Shown: positions 50,245 to 63,700, counted from the stretch's first letter. The stretch is 64,000 nt of DNA from Phaeosaccion multiseriatum (GCA_965112735.1 OZ218961.1:2852001-2916000); one strand, 5' to 3'. The notes: generated by a model not told the origin, from the letters alone. Numbers and translations: made by a program.

Positions 50245-52740
50245 TCAGGCTTGCCCGCTCGCCGCCTGTCCCTCCTTCTGCTTCTTCTCCCTCGCCTCCT
50301 TGACGTCCTTCGTTCGCTGCAGCTGCGCCTTCACTCGAGGGTCTGCCAAGATCCTCTGCTTCTCCTCTTCCGTCACCTGCGTATGTTCATACAAAGAGAG
50401 TGGGTTGTTGACGTTCCAGTTCCAGTTTTTGACAAGGTCACACAAAACAGCAACACAACAACACTATCATGAACATATCCACATCACATCACTAACCGGC
50501 GGGGGCGCGTCCTTGGCCTGTGGGAAAGGCATCATGCCCTCCGTGCTTCGCTCGTTGTCGGGCACCAGACGCCTGTACAGCGCGGTGAAGTCCGTGCCGC
50601 TGCGCATAGTACTTCCACCTTCACCTGTTTTGGGTTGGGGTGGGGTGAGAGGGAGGGGTGGGACGGGATGAAGGGGGCAATGGAGAGAAGGACTTGGTCG
50701 GTTGGTTGTTCGGCCATGAGCAAAATCATACATTCCCATCGTGAATCGGAGGAGGAGGGCGGTGGTGGTATTGGTGGTGGTGGTGGAGGAGTAGGAGGAG
50801 GAGGGGTAGGAGGGAGGGAGGGAAGGGAGGAGGAAGACAGAGAGGGAGCGAGGGACGAAGGGAGGGGAGGAGAAAGAGGAGGAGAAGGAGGAGGAGGAAG
50901 GAGGGAGGGGAGTAGGAGGAGTAGGAGGAGGAGCAGCAGCAGCAGGAGGAGGAGGAGGAGGAAGGGGAGGAGGACCAGCCGGAGGAGGAGCCGGACCAGG
51001 ACGAGGACGAGGACTTGTCGATGGACGGCTCACACTCACTTTCGTCTCTCCTAATCTCGAAGGTGGTGCCCGTGGCGGAGGGACTGTCGAGGGCCGCGGC
51101 CACTGCCGATCCCACCTCCTTGCGAGACATACGCCCGCTGATGATGTCTTGCTGGCCCACCTACGCCAGCACCAAACGGTGTGTCGCACCCAGGAGGAGG
51201 AGAGGAGAGGGGAGGAGAGAGAAGAGCGTGTTGGTTGTACAGCACCGTTAGTCCATGCTCATTACACAGCACACAAGCACACACACATCACATTGGGCGT
51301 TCATCACCACCAGATGCTCCCTCTTCGCCTCGAGCTCGAATAGCTTCGATACAATATACAATAGTCTCAATGGCTCCGTCAGAAGCCACTGAAAAGCAAT
51401 CCTCTGACATGCGTTACATGATAGAATCAGTCCGTAACTCAGCTGCCTCCTTCCTCGCATCTCCTCCTCCTCCTCCCCCCCCCCCCCCCCCCCCCCCCTC
51501 CTCCTCCTCCTCCTCCTCCTCCTCCTCCTCCTCCTCCTCCTCCTCCTCTTCTTCCTCCTCCTTTCTCCTCTTCCTCATCCTCCTCCTCCTCCGCCTCCTC
51601 CTCCTCCTCCTCCTCCTCCTCCTCCTCCTCCTCCTCCTCCTCCTCCTCCTCCTCTTCCTCCTCTTCCTCCTCGTCCTCCTCTTCCTCCTCCCCCTCCTGC
51701 TCCTCCTCACCTCCAGAGGCCGCTCCTCCTCTGTGTCAGGCCCCACTGGCAGCAGCCCTGTCGCTCTGAAGATGGTGTAGGGCACGCCGCTCAGGCGCAT
51801 CGCGTTCTCCGCCTTGTACTTCCAAGAGAGCACGCCTGAGCAGCAGCAGCAGCAGTTGGTGATACAACAGCAGCAGTAGCAGTTGGCGATACAACAGCAG
51901 CAGCAGTAATTGGTGATACAGCAGCAGCAGTAATTGGTGGTATAGCAGCGCTTGGATATACAGCAGTAGCAGGAGCAAGGAGAGAGTGGCACAGTAGTAA
52001 CAGCAGCAACAGATGCAGCAATAACACTTCGGGATACAGCAGTAGCAGTTACCGATAGCGGCAGCACCACTTGAGACATAGCACTAAAAGCAGCGAGTAT
52101 TGCATGGTATGCCAAGACATCCCTCACTCCCTCCGTCCCCTCCCTCCCTCCACCTCCTTCCTCCCTCTCTCCCCTCCCTCCCTCCCTCCTTCCCTCCCTC
52201 CTTCCCTCCCTCCCTCCCTCTCTCCCTCCCTCGCTCCCTCTCTCCCTCCCTCCTTCCCTCCCTCTCTCCCTCCCTCCCTCCCTCCCTCCCTCCCTCACCT
52301 TGCGGGTTGAGCTGTACGATGGGAATATCGCACATACGCTGCGCCACAGAGAGTCTATTGAAGCGCTCCGTACCGGCGCTTGACACCATGAGCAGCGAGG
52401 GACGCTCCTTCTTGTACAGAGAAATGTCAAGCACCTCCAGACGGAAATCCCCGGGGGTACAGCGCGGGTTGGGCAGCTCGTTGAACTCGAAGCGGCTGAA
52501 GACGATTCCGAGGGACGCCATCTTGCCTGATGAGCGACATCGAGTGTCCATCAATCCGGTGCAATCAACAACAGCAGTAGCAACAACAACAACAACAAAC
52601 GACAACAACAGAAACAAAAATAAGTAGCAGCAACAACAACAACAAAATGAAGGAAAGGGTCATTGATCGCTTCGACTCTGTGCTTTCCTTCTTTGCTGCA
52701 GTTGCAGCGACGACATTTCATCCCTACATCCTCCTCCTCC

Positions 52741-52775
<35 letters not shown>

Positions 52776-53482
52776 CTCCTCCTCCTCCTCCTGCTCCTCC
52801 TCCTCCTCCTCCTCCTCCTCCTCCTCCTCCTCCTCTTTCTCCCCCTCCTCCTCCTCCTCCTCCTCCTCCTCCCCCTCCTCCTCCTCCTCCTCTTTCTCCT
52901 CCTCCTCCTCCTCCTCTTCCTCTTCCTCCTCCTTCTCTTCCTCCTCCTGCTCTCTGCTTCATGTGTTCCGCCACACGCGCGCACCTGCTCCGTCTCCCTC
53001 GTGAACCTTGGGAGCATCGAATATGACGTCATTGCGCCTGAAGAGGAGAGAGAAGAGAGGGAGAAGAGAGGGAGAGGGAAGAGAGAAAGAGAGGAGAGAG
53101 AAGCAAGAGAGAAGACACGGAGGGGAAGAGAAGAAAAGAGGATAGAGAGGGGGGGGTGGGGAGGGAAGGAGAAAGAGAATGCAGATGGGGAGAGGGTAGA
53201 GGGGGAGAGAGAAAGAGAGAGAGGTAAGCACGGAGCAGTACGTACGTACGTACGTCATTGATGGTAGCTCACTGAAGTCAGCGCTGCAAGACGTGCAGAG
53301 AGAGCGCTGCTGAGTGTAGTCTGTTCTTGCCTGACAGCGACAAAGTTGTCGAAGGGCAGGTCCACCTCTTGCCAGTCGGCTGCCCCTGCCTCTGCCTTGC
53401 GAGTGTTGAAGGGGGCCTGGTACTGGTACTCGTTCGCGTTGGCCATCTCTTGCGGTTTGAGGCGGAACTGGAGAGAGAGAGA

Positions 53483-53542
<60 letters not shown>

Positions 53543-55090
53543 AGAGAGAGGGTGTGTGAGAGAGAGAGAGAAAGAGAGAGAAGGCAGGACAGAAAAAGCA
53601 AAGTCATGTCAAGCGAACAAGCAGGCCAAGCGATGGAAGAAGACGCAAGAGAGGACAAAAGGGAGGGAGGAAGGAAGGAAGGAAGGCAGGCAGGCAGGAA
53701 GGAGGCCACCATGCAGTGTCCACCCCCCCTCCGGCGCAATGCTCGGTACCTCACCCTCTACCCTACCTTGTAGCGGTTGCCGTCCCCTCTGACTCTCACA
53801 CGAATCCCGTCGAAGCCCTTGCCGTCGAAAGACACATCCTTGACGACTGTTCCACAGAAGCCTCCTCCCTCCACCCTCAGCACACCTGACCACACTCCAC
53901 CCTGCCCCTCACCAGCCGGTGCCTTCCAAGCACTGACCGACTGCCCTCCCATGATGCGATCGTCGAGGCTCGCCCACTGGTCTACAGACTGCACAACCGC
54001 CGCTGCTTCTCCCCCGCTAGCGCCGTCAGTGCCGTCACTCTCCCCTCCCGTGAAGGTGACAACCGGGGCCTCTTTCGCTTTGGTTCCTTCGTGCCCCACG
54101 AGGCCGGCACTTTTCACTGCACTAATCGTCTTGAGTGCCCCTTGGTAGTCCACCTGCCATGCAACAAAGAGGGGGGCATTTTGGAGGCGGACGATCGAGG
54201 GGAGGAGTGAGGCCTTGCAATGAGGAATCGCCACATGAGGAGGACGAAGAAGGACACGGCGCACCTTCTCGGACGTCATTTCTGGCTCCCCAAAGAGCGG
54301 GCCCGTTGCGATGACTACTTGGCTGACTCCCTCAAAGACTCGGGGGGGCAGAGCCTCTTCACCGGAGTCTACTCGAGCACGATGACAGGCGAGTTAGGTG
54401 GAGATGCTCCTAATCAAGTCTCACACAGAGCACAACGAGTTTGACGCCGACCATGGAGCGCTCTATGTATGCGTAATACATACCTGCGGTCACGTCGCAC
54501 CCTGCCTCGAGGCGAAACGCCGGGGAGGATAGGATGTCCGTCCCCAGAGCCTCATCTGCCTGTTTGGTTCCACAGAGCATTTATAAAGAGGGTGAGTCAG
54601 CAGTGTGAGTCAGCACAACGGGGAAAAAGAATGTTCATGTCAAGGCAGAGAACCGCACCTTCTCTTGCGTCCTCACAGCTCCGACAACACTCCTCCCACT
54701 AGCGAGGCACGCCTCCACCACCGCCTTGCCCGTCTTTCCCGTGGCGCCAACAACTAGCACGGCGTCTTTCAGGGCCGGCACCTCCGGCTCGGTCTTCTTG
54801 GCCTCGGGGCCCTTCGCCTTGCCGTCGTTCATGGGGGCGAGGCCAAAGAGGTTGGCGAGCCAGCTCAGAGGATTCTCACTCTCGTTCGAGTCGCCTGCAC
54901 CTCTCAGCTCCGTGACAATCCTCCTCTTGCGCGATGAGGCAGTCGTGTGTGAGGCAGAGCCACCCCGGGTGCTGCCGCTGTTTCCTCTTGCTCCTGCGAC
55001 CGAGCTGCTGCAAAACGAGCCCGAAAAGGCAGATGCAAGGACGTGATGCTGAGCAGCGGCAACAGTGAGCACCAAGTGGCTTGTCCTCAT
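50245..55090 (-). CDS. Plastid-targeted NAD(P)-binding (atypical SDR) protein with inserted CIA30 domain (At4g18810/HCF173-like architecture), multi-exon
   Basis: Leader with ASA-F. VLVVGATGKTGKAVV (Rossmann), VDYQG, CIA30 motifs WASLDDRIMGGQS, GGGFCG, FDGIRVRVRGDGNRYK and FSRFEFN, then LMVSSAGTER, WKYKAENAMRLSGVPYTIFRATGL and ISGRMSRKEV. Confidence 0.88.
51841..51965. repeat. Intronic array of 4-5 CAGCAG(T)TGGTGATACAGCAG-type units (24-27 bp)
   Basis: Tandem copies of the motif that also occurs dispersed at 13744, 14251, 17634, 19741, 21825 and 22131. Confidence 0.8.
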
Positions 55091-55363
55091 TTTGTTAAAG
55101 GGGTCTTGAGGAATAAAAAGGCAAGGCTTCCAAGCCAGAGATCCAGTTTGAGTTCCAAGAAGGAGGGGTCATGATGGTCTCGATCTCCCTGGATACTCTC
55201 CCGCCGCTTCTAAGTTCCGTGCTTGCGCTTTTTATTGCTGGCCCAGGGGCGAGAACAAACCTACATCCGGTCTCGTGCTCTCGTGCTCGTGGAGTACGCT
55301 TGCACGGGTTTGATCAGAAGAGATTGTGGCCTTCGGGAGGGGGAACGAGGGCCGAGGTTGAGA

Positions 55364-56560
55364 ATGGCGAGAGGAGGCTTATGGAAGAGACAGAGGGGAG
55401 ACAGGGACAGTGTGGACAGCCCGCTTCTGCAAGGTTCAAAGCACCCGTCAGGTAAGAGCACAAGTGATTGGCGCGGTAAGGCTGGCACCTCTTGTCCCGT
55501 GGGAAGTAAACGTTTGGCGCTGTATGCTCTCCTCCTTCAATCTTTCGTCTCTTTTGCTCTTCCATCCCTTGCCCTCCTCCGGCTGCTGACGGCAAATTAC
55601 TCCCCATCACGGACCTTCTCACCGTTCCATTTTGATTTGAAGCCAATATCTGCGCGTCCCCCCGCCCTCTGACAAGTACTCCTCGTCCCACCCATACCCT
55701 CCCTCTCCTCTCCTTCTACCGTCTCTTCGGTAGATCAAGGTGGCGATCTTTCCAACTCCATGTACAGCGAGGACGACGGAGGCTGCTCAGGTGCGCTCGA
55801 AGGATGCATGCTTCTCCTGCAGACAAGGCGGGGCATGCACTTTTTGTTTTAATTTTTTCGGACTCCATGAGTGCGAGGGAGGAGGAGCAAGAGTAATTGG
55901 AGGAGGAGGGAGAGGAGGAGGAAGAAAAAGAGTGAATGGGTATGGGAAAGAAAGAGAAAAACGCTCGAGGCTGTGCCCTTTCTTGCAAGCGAGCCGGCCG
56001 GGCTATGTCTCTCCTCTGTGCGCCTTCCCCCTCCCTCAAGCCCTCCCTCCCTCACCTACCCAAACCTTGCCCGCGCCACCCACCCACCCACCCACACACT
56101 CACTACAAAAAGTCACTGCAGACAGTGTCATATCCCAATCGAGTGGACACCCCGGCTTCAGCTCGACTCAAAAGATCGACCGATGGAACAAACTCCTCAA
56201 GCTCAAGCAGCAGAGGAACAGGAAGCACCGCATGGTAGACCGGGATGCCTCTTTCAAACAGTCCTACGGGCGATGGAACATCCGCAGGACCAGGCAGAAC
56301 ATCGAGGGTCTGCAAGCCCTCTTTGACTCAGACACCTTCCACAGCGTTGTCAACATGGAGACCTCTTCCATCCTGCTCATCGTCATGTCTTTCTACGTTT
56401 TCATAGTGTCTTTCTTTGGCTCCATTTACCTCGTCATCGCGCTGGCCAGCGATTGCAATCTCGGTAAGTGCATCGGTAGTAGACGCATGAGCTTGGGGAG
56501 CAACCTTGAAACCCCTCTGCAAGTCTATGAATGGTGGAGGGACTTGTTCTTCTTGTTGTT

Positions 56561-56612
<52 letters not shown>

Positions 56613-57657
56613 TCGCTCAAAGGCACAAGCCCTCACTCTCCCAAAAGACCCCTCTCGTATTCATCGACGAAAGCCCCCCCCTCCTTCTTGCGAAGACTCA
56701 CTCAACCTTTCACGGATGAGTGCCGGTCTGTTGGTGTTGGTGTGTGTCTTGAGTACGTAATAGGGTGAGTGACTCTTAACACCCTCCCGATTTGTTCGAT
56801 CGTCTGTCATGGACAGGCATCACGAACATACAAGGCGCTCTGTACTTCTCCCTGGAAACCATGGTACGTAAGGGGTACGTAAGCAGGCAAGCAGGGAGGG
56901 AGGGAGGGAGCGAGGACCATTTCAGACCCAAAACATCACAAGCTCAGAAGCAAATTGTCAATCGTCAGAGGCAGATTGCAATAAGTCGAGCATGTCGTAA
57001 GAAGGAGGAAGCCCTAACTGTTGTATACACTAACTGAGCCAAGCACATCTATCCCCTCGTATCCCATCCTTGTGCCCTCTTTGCTCCTCCGTCCTCGAGC
57101 TCCCTTTGCGTCGCCCTCCAAGGTTCGATTCTCACGCCTGTGTGTCACACTTCACCACTGTCCACACTTCCCCCGCACCACCCCGCCCCCTCCTCCGTCA
57201 CGTCTCTCTCTCCCTCTCGCTCTCTCTATCCCTGTCCCCCCCCCCCCCCCCCTTCTCCTCCTCCTCTCTTTCCCTCCCCCCCTCCCCCTCAACCTCCCTC
57301 TCTTGCAACAAGACGACCGTGGGGTACGGCACCAAAGACGTCTTCTTCGGAGGGTGCTGGAGCGTCCTCATCACCGCCTTCATGCAAGCCTTCATCAGCA
57401 TCGTCACAGACGCCGCCCTCATTGGACTCCTGTTCGCCCGCCTCAGCAGACCGCAGACACGCGCCAGCACGGTGGTGTTCAGCGACAAGGCGGTCATCAG
57501 GAGGGTGAGGGGAGAGGCCTACTTCATGTTCCAGGTGGGTCAGGAGCCCTCTGCTACCATCCATCATCCATCCATCCATCCCTCTGCTGCCATCCATCCA
57601 TCCCTCCTCCTCCTCCTTCTACTACTACTACTACTACTACTACTTCTCCTCCTCCTG

Positions 57658-57694
<37 letters not shown>

Positions 57695-57903
57695 CACTAC
57701 TACTGCTGCTGCTGCTACTACCATTACTACCACTACTACTTCCACTACCACCACCACTTCTCCTCCTCCTCCTCCTCCTCCTCCTCCTCCTCCTCCTCCT
57801 CCTCCTCCTTTTACTACTCCTACTACTACTACTACTACTACTACTACTGCTACTACTACCACCACCACCCTTTCTAGTACCACTACTTCTCCTCCTCCTC
57901 CTC

Positions 57904-57952
<49 letters not shown>

Positions 57953-60900
57953 TTCTACTTCTACCACCACCACCCTTCCTAATACCACTTCTTCTCCTCC
58001 TCCTTCTCCTCTTCCTCCTTTCTCCTCCTTCACCTCCTCCTCCTCCTCCTCCTCCTCCTTCTCCTCCTCCTCCTCCTCCTCCTCCTCCTCCTCCTCCTCC
58101 TACCTCATCTATACCAAACAAACAAACAAACAAAGGTGGGTGAGTTACGCAAGCACCAGTTGCTGGAAGCGCATGTCCGCTGCTACGCCGTACGGCACGA
58201 TCGCACCATCCCCATCGGTTACGGAGATGGATCGGACCCAGCGTGCCAGTCCGAAGTCGTTTGGTACCAGGTGAGAGGCATATGGTGTGAGACGTAAGCC
58301 TTTCGCGCTGTGATACCTCCCCACATGTTTAAAACAGTGGATAGGTACCAGGCTGGCAAGAGGGCTTCTTCTCAGAGCGGGGAGGGGGAGGAGGGAGGTG
58401 CCGAGGAGGAGGAAGAGAGAGAAGAGGGGAGAGGGGAGAGGGGAGAGGGGGGATAGTGTCAGTCTGTGTCCGACGCTGTGTGTACATAGCTCTCGGCACT
58501 CCCCACATGTCATACTTTCGCTGTCCTCCCCTCCCCTCACCTTCCCCCCCCCCTCCCCGCCAACCCTCTCTCCTCGTGGGTATGGCATGACAGACTCATA
58601 CAATGCGTTTACAGCACCCGGACGACGAGCTCGGCTCGAGCCTCTTGCTCGTGACGCCACAAGTGGTGGTGCATCGAATGGATGCCTGGAGCCCCATGAT
58701 GCCTCCTCCCCGATGGATGAGCTCCCACGGTATAGTTACGTGGGGGCTACATGAGGATCAGACGTATGTCAAGGCCCCTTGGGAAGAGGCGACAAAGGCG
58801 GCTTTTGCGCAGAAGGAGGAGGAGACGCATCAGAGGCAGGAGGATGCCCGGCGGAGGGAGGCCGAGGTTGTGGAGGAGAGGGAAAGGGAAGAGCGGGAGA
58901 GGAAGCCGCGTGTGTCTATGATGCCGAGTTGGGGGAAGGGCAGCAAGGAGGTGCCCCTAGCTGCGACGCACTACGGATCGACCGACGAGATTGGGGGGGG
59001 GCAAGTTGTGGAAGAAGGACAAGGACACGGTGGAGGGGGAGAGAGCGAAGGAGACGAAGAGAATGGTCTGACGCTGCAGCAGCACGACTACGAAGATGAC
59101 GACGCCGAGAGGGAGGAGGCACTGGATTCTCTCACCCCCTTCAGCGGCCTTCCCGACCCTGTAACTGGCTTGGTGCCTAGCCCTTCGCGATCCTTGAGGT
59201 TGCCAAGCATGAGTCGAAGGAGCGGCAGTGTGGGGTCTGTGGAAGAAGGATCGCATCTGAGTGACCCAATGAGCGACAACAGTCCGGGGATACTCTCCAA
59301 GCGAGACAGTCAGTACTGGAATGCGGACACCAAGGCAAAGGCGGCAGGAGGCGTATTCCCCGACGGGGCGTTTCAGAAGGAAGATTCGAAGGCGGAGGAC
59401 GATCGGAAGGGACCGGGCTACGTGTACAGGTGAGTGAGATGGATGTAGAGGCATATGGGTTGCATCTCCCTGTCCGTGTCTGTGTGTTGGGGGTGTATAA
59501 TGGGACTCGAGGCCCGTGGAAGTGGGGGTCCGGGGGGTCCCAAGTCGTTGTAGTTGATGAGAGGTGGGGGTAGGGGTGTTTGCCTATAAGGTCTAGCCAT
59601 ACTTGGCCGCTGCCGCTGGTCTGTGTGAGTGCGCGCGCGGTCGCTTGCTTATCTCGTTAGTTTACGTAATCTTTTAGAAGAAGGAGGAAAGGGGTTCATC
59701 ATCATGGGGGCAGGGGTGTTCTGCGTGTGAGGTAGGAACGTCTCGGCGGAGCGGAGGAATAGAGATGTATATATACTTCGTAGTATTACAATTACTGTAT
59801 ATAGGCCAGAGATAGAAGAGAGAGAAGGAATCCTTTTGGAGCAGACGACACACATACACACCCACTCACACCCACACGCACACACACCCATACATACATA
59901 CACACATACACACACACTCTCTCTCTCACACTCACTCACTCACTCGCACAGATTCCCCGACCTTCTGAAGAGGTGGGATGACGTGGACGGCGACCGCGGA
60001 ACTTGGTACGAACGCATGAAGCGCCGAGTGCTATCGATGGAACGATCGAGGAGGGAGAGCACCACAAAGAAGAGGGAGAAGCTAGAGCGAAAGGTGAGGT
60101 GCTTGGCGTTACGGAACAGTCAGTTACATAACATTTACTTGTAATGGGTTACTGGCTGGAAAGGAGGATGAGGTTGTGCAAGAAGGGAGACACGCAAAAG
60201 GTGTTCCACCCTATCCTCTTTCTTACATGAACGGAAATGATTGATTGACTTCCTGGCACCCCCAACGATCAATTCACCCTCGCTCTAACCCTCCATGCCC
60301 CTGTTTCCACCCACCCACCACCACCACCACCACTTCGACGACTGACTCCCGTAGCCCTCTCTGCTCGTGCTCGACTCTCACCTTTTGGTCTTCCCCTCCT
60401 TTTGCTTCCGCTCCGCTGCCGTTCTACCCCTCTGCTCCTCCACTCCCCGCCTTTGCCTCCTCTGCCCCTCTGCTTTCCCCTCCCCCCCCCCCCTCCCAGG
60501 CCTTGCAAAAGAGCCGCGGTCTCATGCAGGTGCCCGTGCCTGTCGGCGGCTGCCCCGGGGAGCAGGCCAGCTGGCCTCCCCGCTCTCCCGGTGACGATTC
60601 AGCAGACGCCACCGTGGTGCGTATGAAGAAGAGACGGCTGAAAAGACGGAACGAAAGTTTTTTTTTCGGTGCTTCCCTCCTACCGAGCCCTCTTTCTTAC
60701 ACTTGCCAGGGTTTGGTGCGTGGCCTCACCGTGGCTTCTTGCCGTCCTTTCTCCTCCCCTCTCACCTCTCCACCCCCCCCTCCCCCGCCGCATGCTCCCG
60801 CCTCAACTCCCCAAAACTCAAACTCCTCAAAACTTACATAACATTACATAACAGCCGGCCTCTTCTGAGACGAGTGGCGGTACAAGCTTTGGTGAGACGT

Positions 60901-61205
60901 ATGACGTTGGCATGGGCCCCGACGAGTGGCTCGCACTCTCAGAGAAGCAAGCCGTCAAAGCCTTCATGCTTGACCGCGAGCTGGAGGTGGTGGTGCTCAT
61001 CGAGGGAATCGATACTTCGACAGGCTCCACTGTGCAGGCCCGGCACAGCTATGCCGCCGCGGACATTCGGTGGGACGCCGCCTTTGCTCCAATGGTGGAG
61101 AAGGGCCCCGAGGGGGAGTGCGTGGTGGACTTTTCCAAGTTTCACGACGTTACCACGGCGCCAGCCGACAGCATGGACTTTGGCTTCATCCAGAGCTACG
61201 CGTGA
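55364..61205 (+). CDS. Inward-rectifier K+ channel (Kir) with a long cytoplasmic insertion, multi-exon
   Basis: M1 helix, YFSLETM|TTVGYG selectivity filter, M2 ...GLLFARLSRP..RASTVVFSDKAVI, GELRKHQLLEAHVR, VVVHRMDAWSPM, EVVVLIEGIDTSTGSTVQARHSY and VVDFSKFH. The 5' exons (55364-55451, ~55734-55790) are inferred from in-frame GT-AG joins. Confidence 0.92.
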
Positions 61206-62038
61206 GGAGGAGGAGGAGGAGGAGGAGAAAGGATTTTGAGGGAATTTTGAGGTAGGGGGGGAGGAGGGGAGGGGGCGGGATGAGGAGGCTGAGACGCCCC
61301 AACCATCCATGTATATAGACTGGGAGGTGGAGGAGAATGGGCGTACCATTCGAGGAAGGTCAACCAGTGGTGGTGGTGGTGGTGGAGGAGGAGGGGTGGG
61401 GGCGAAACCACGTCGGTTTATTGGAGCACGGTGTGATTGCATATAGTTTAGGCACGTGTGGGGCTGTTTCGCGGTTGGCGAGAGGAGTGTAGCGGTACGA
61501 TATCGACTCCATTTATCGTGTTCGATATTGATAAGGTCACAAAGACTGAAAACTGGAAACGGAGAGTGTAGGGGAAGGGGAGTTTGTTAGGGAAGAGGGG
61601 ACATTCATTGGCTTAGTTGGAACTACGTATGTGTGTGTGTATTGGGAGAGGATACACCCAAGAGAAGATGTGGGAGGTGGGCTCGAGAGAAGGACGGATA
61701 TGGATGGCACTGCATGTAGTTTGAGAAAGCACCACTTTTTTGCTGAGTCTGAAGGGTCTACGGGCCCCCATTGGCTGTTCATCTAAGATAGCCCCGTCCG
61801 GGTCCCGTCCGGGTCCCGATCGGGCAAAAGCCTGGTCAGTCAGATTGAGGCTGCGGGGCTTATTGTTAGCTAAACTGAACTCGTGAGGGCCTGCACCTAC
61901 AAAGGGGGGGGGTTACCGAGCACGAGACTGTGGGGATGTTCAAGCCACCCCTCCAATTAAATTAAATATTTGGTTTTTGAATTGCGCCAAGAACAGCCAC
62001 TAATGACATCATTTATGCTGGGGCTTATGCCTTATCTT

Positions 62039-62535
62039 TCGGCCCCGTGCACGCCTAGCGGCCTAGGCTCTAGGCCGCTAGGCCGCTCGGCCTTCGGCCG
62101 AAATAGGCCTAGGCCGGCGGCCTCCGGCCGCTCTAGGCCGCTCACTTTTCAGCCCTAGGCGGTCTATAGCCCGCCTCTAGGCAGGCAGCCTCCCAGTGAC
62201 CGTGGGCGCGTGCGTGGTGCCGCCCAGCCAGTGGGTAGCAGCACACCTGTAGGCCTGCACTCCTCGTAGGGCCAGCGAGGCGGAAAGAGACAACACGAAC
62301 CAAGTCAAGTCTACTCCTCCCTTTTCCTTAACATTTGCTTAAAACTGACGACACTTGGGCGGGTTCCGGGCCAGCCCAGGGGCATATAGTTGGCGTCTCC
62401 CCTAGGCCGCGGGCCTCCGGCCCCCGCCTAGGCCGCCGTCTAGGCGGTCTACAAATAGGCCGAGGGCCTACGGCCCTCGCTAGGCCGGGCAATTTTCCAA
62501 AATAGGCCTAGGCCGCTAGGCGTGCACGGGGCCGA
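62039..62535. mobile_element. Non-autonomous DNA transposon (MITE), 497 bp, perfect 30-bp TIRs, 7-bp TSD
   Basis: Left TIR TCGGCCCCGTGCACGCCTAGCGGCCTAGGC (62039-62068) is the exact reverse complement of 62506-62535. TTATCTT flanks both sides (62032-62038 and 62536-62542). Many subterminal (C)TAGGCC(G) motifs; no transposase ORF. Confidence 0.9.
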
Positions 62536-62639
62536 TTATCTTGTTGGGGGGGGGGAGAGGAAGACCCAAAAGCGTCAAGGGCGAATGAGCTGAAACTGAA
62601 ACTGAGATGGCGCCTTACAGCGAGCATTTCTGTATATAA

Positions 62640-63476
62640 ATGCCGATTGGGAAGAGGAAGCGCCCGATCGAGGTCGATAACGACGATGAGGATGAGGACG
62701 ATCAGCAGGAGCAAGAGGGGCAGGAGAAGGAGGGGGAGGGAGAGGTGAGAGACCGGAAAAAACGGAAAAAAATTCCCGCGCTGCTCTCCCTCTTGCTTTC
62801 TCTCTCTCTGACGTTCTCCGTATTTTGCGCATGCTTTGTGCTTCTTATCGCTTCCCCTGCGTTCTGCCATCGCAACTCACAGCCTCGAGGAGGGAGAGCA
62901 AGAAGGAAGAGCACGCAGGGAATGGCATCGTTGAAAGATCTGTCCTCGTCCTCGTCCGACGAGAATGATAGTAGCGATGAGGACGACGAGGATATGGTGA
63001 GCAGCAGCGGTGGGAAGGGGGAAAAGGGTGCAGCAGCAGCAGCAGCAGCATCAGAAGAAGAAGAAGAAGAAGAAGCCGGGGGTGCCGCCGGCAAGGGTAG
63101 GAATAAGGGGAAGGGCAAGGGCAAGGCTAAGGCTGTGCCAAAAAAAGCCAACAACCGAAAAGGAATGGCCCCCCACTCTAAGACAAGTCTTACTCCAGCT
63201 CAAGTGCTCAAGGGCCTCCGAGGCCTCAAAGCAGAGATGCGAGCCAAGTCCGGAGCCACCGCGCCGACCATGCTGGAGCTAGGGCTGACGGGCACTGTGA
63301 AGGAGGTGAAGGAGATGACCAACTCCGCCGTGGCGCAGGAGATTGAGCGCGTCGCCGTGCAGGTGGTGCGGAGCATCCTCGCAGGCAAGGGCTTCTCATA
63401 CGAGGTAAGTCCGTTCGACAACTAGTGGTGGTAGTTGGTGAGAGTAGTAGTTGTCATGTCATGGTGGTGGTAGCAT

Positions 63477-63536
<60 letters not shown>

Positions 63537-63669
63537 GAGTAGTAGTAGTAGGAGTAGTAGTAGTAGGTAAGTAGTTGGAGTAGTAGGAGTAGTAGTCGTA
63601 GTAGTCGTAGTAGTAGTAAGAGGAGTAGTAATAGCACTAATGGTAGTAGTAGTAGTAGAAGCAGTAGTA

Positions 63670-63700
<31 letters not shown>

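Noticed and set aside
51414-53792. Long ORFs rich in poly-R/E/L/S/HT/CV in the six-frame track (also 16039-16927, 57021-58274, 63459-63945 and others)
   Set aside because: They are translations of intronic microsatellites or antisense shadows of real exons.
61793-61824. Short CCCGTCCGGGT repeats upstream of the MITE
   Set aside because: Only about 2.5 copies of an 11-mer, with no TIR/TSD partner found; not enough to call an element.
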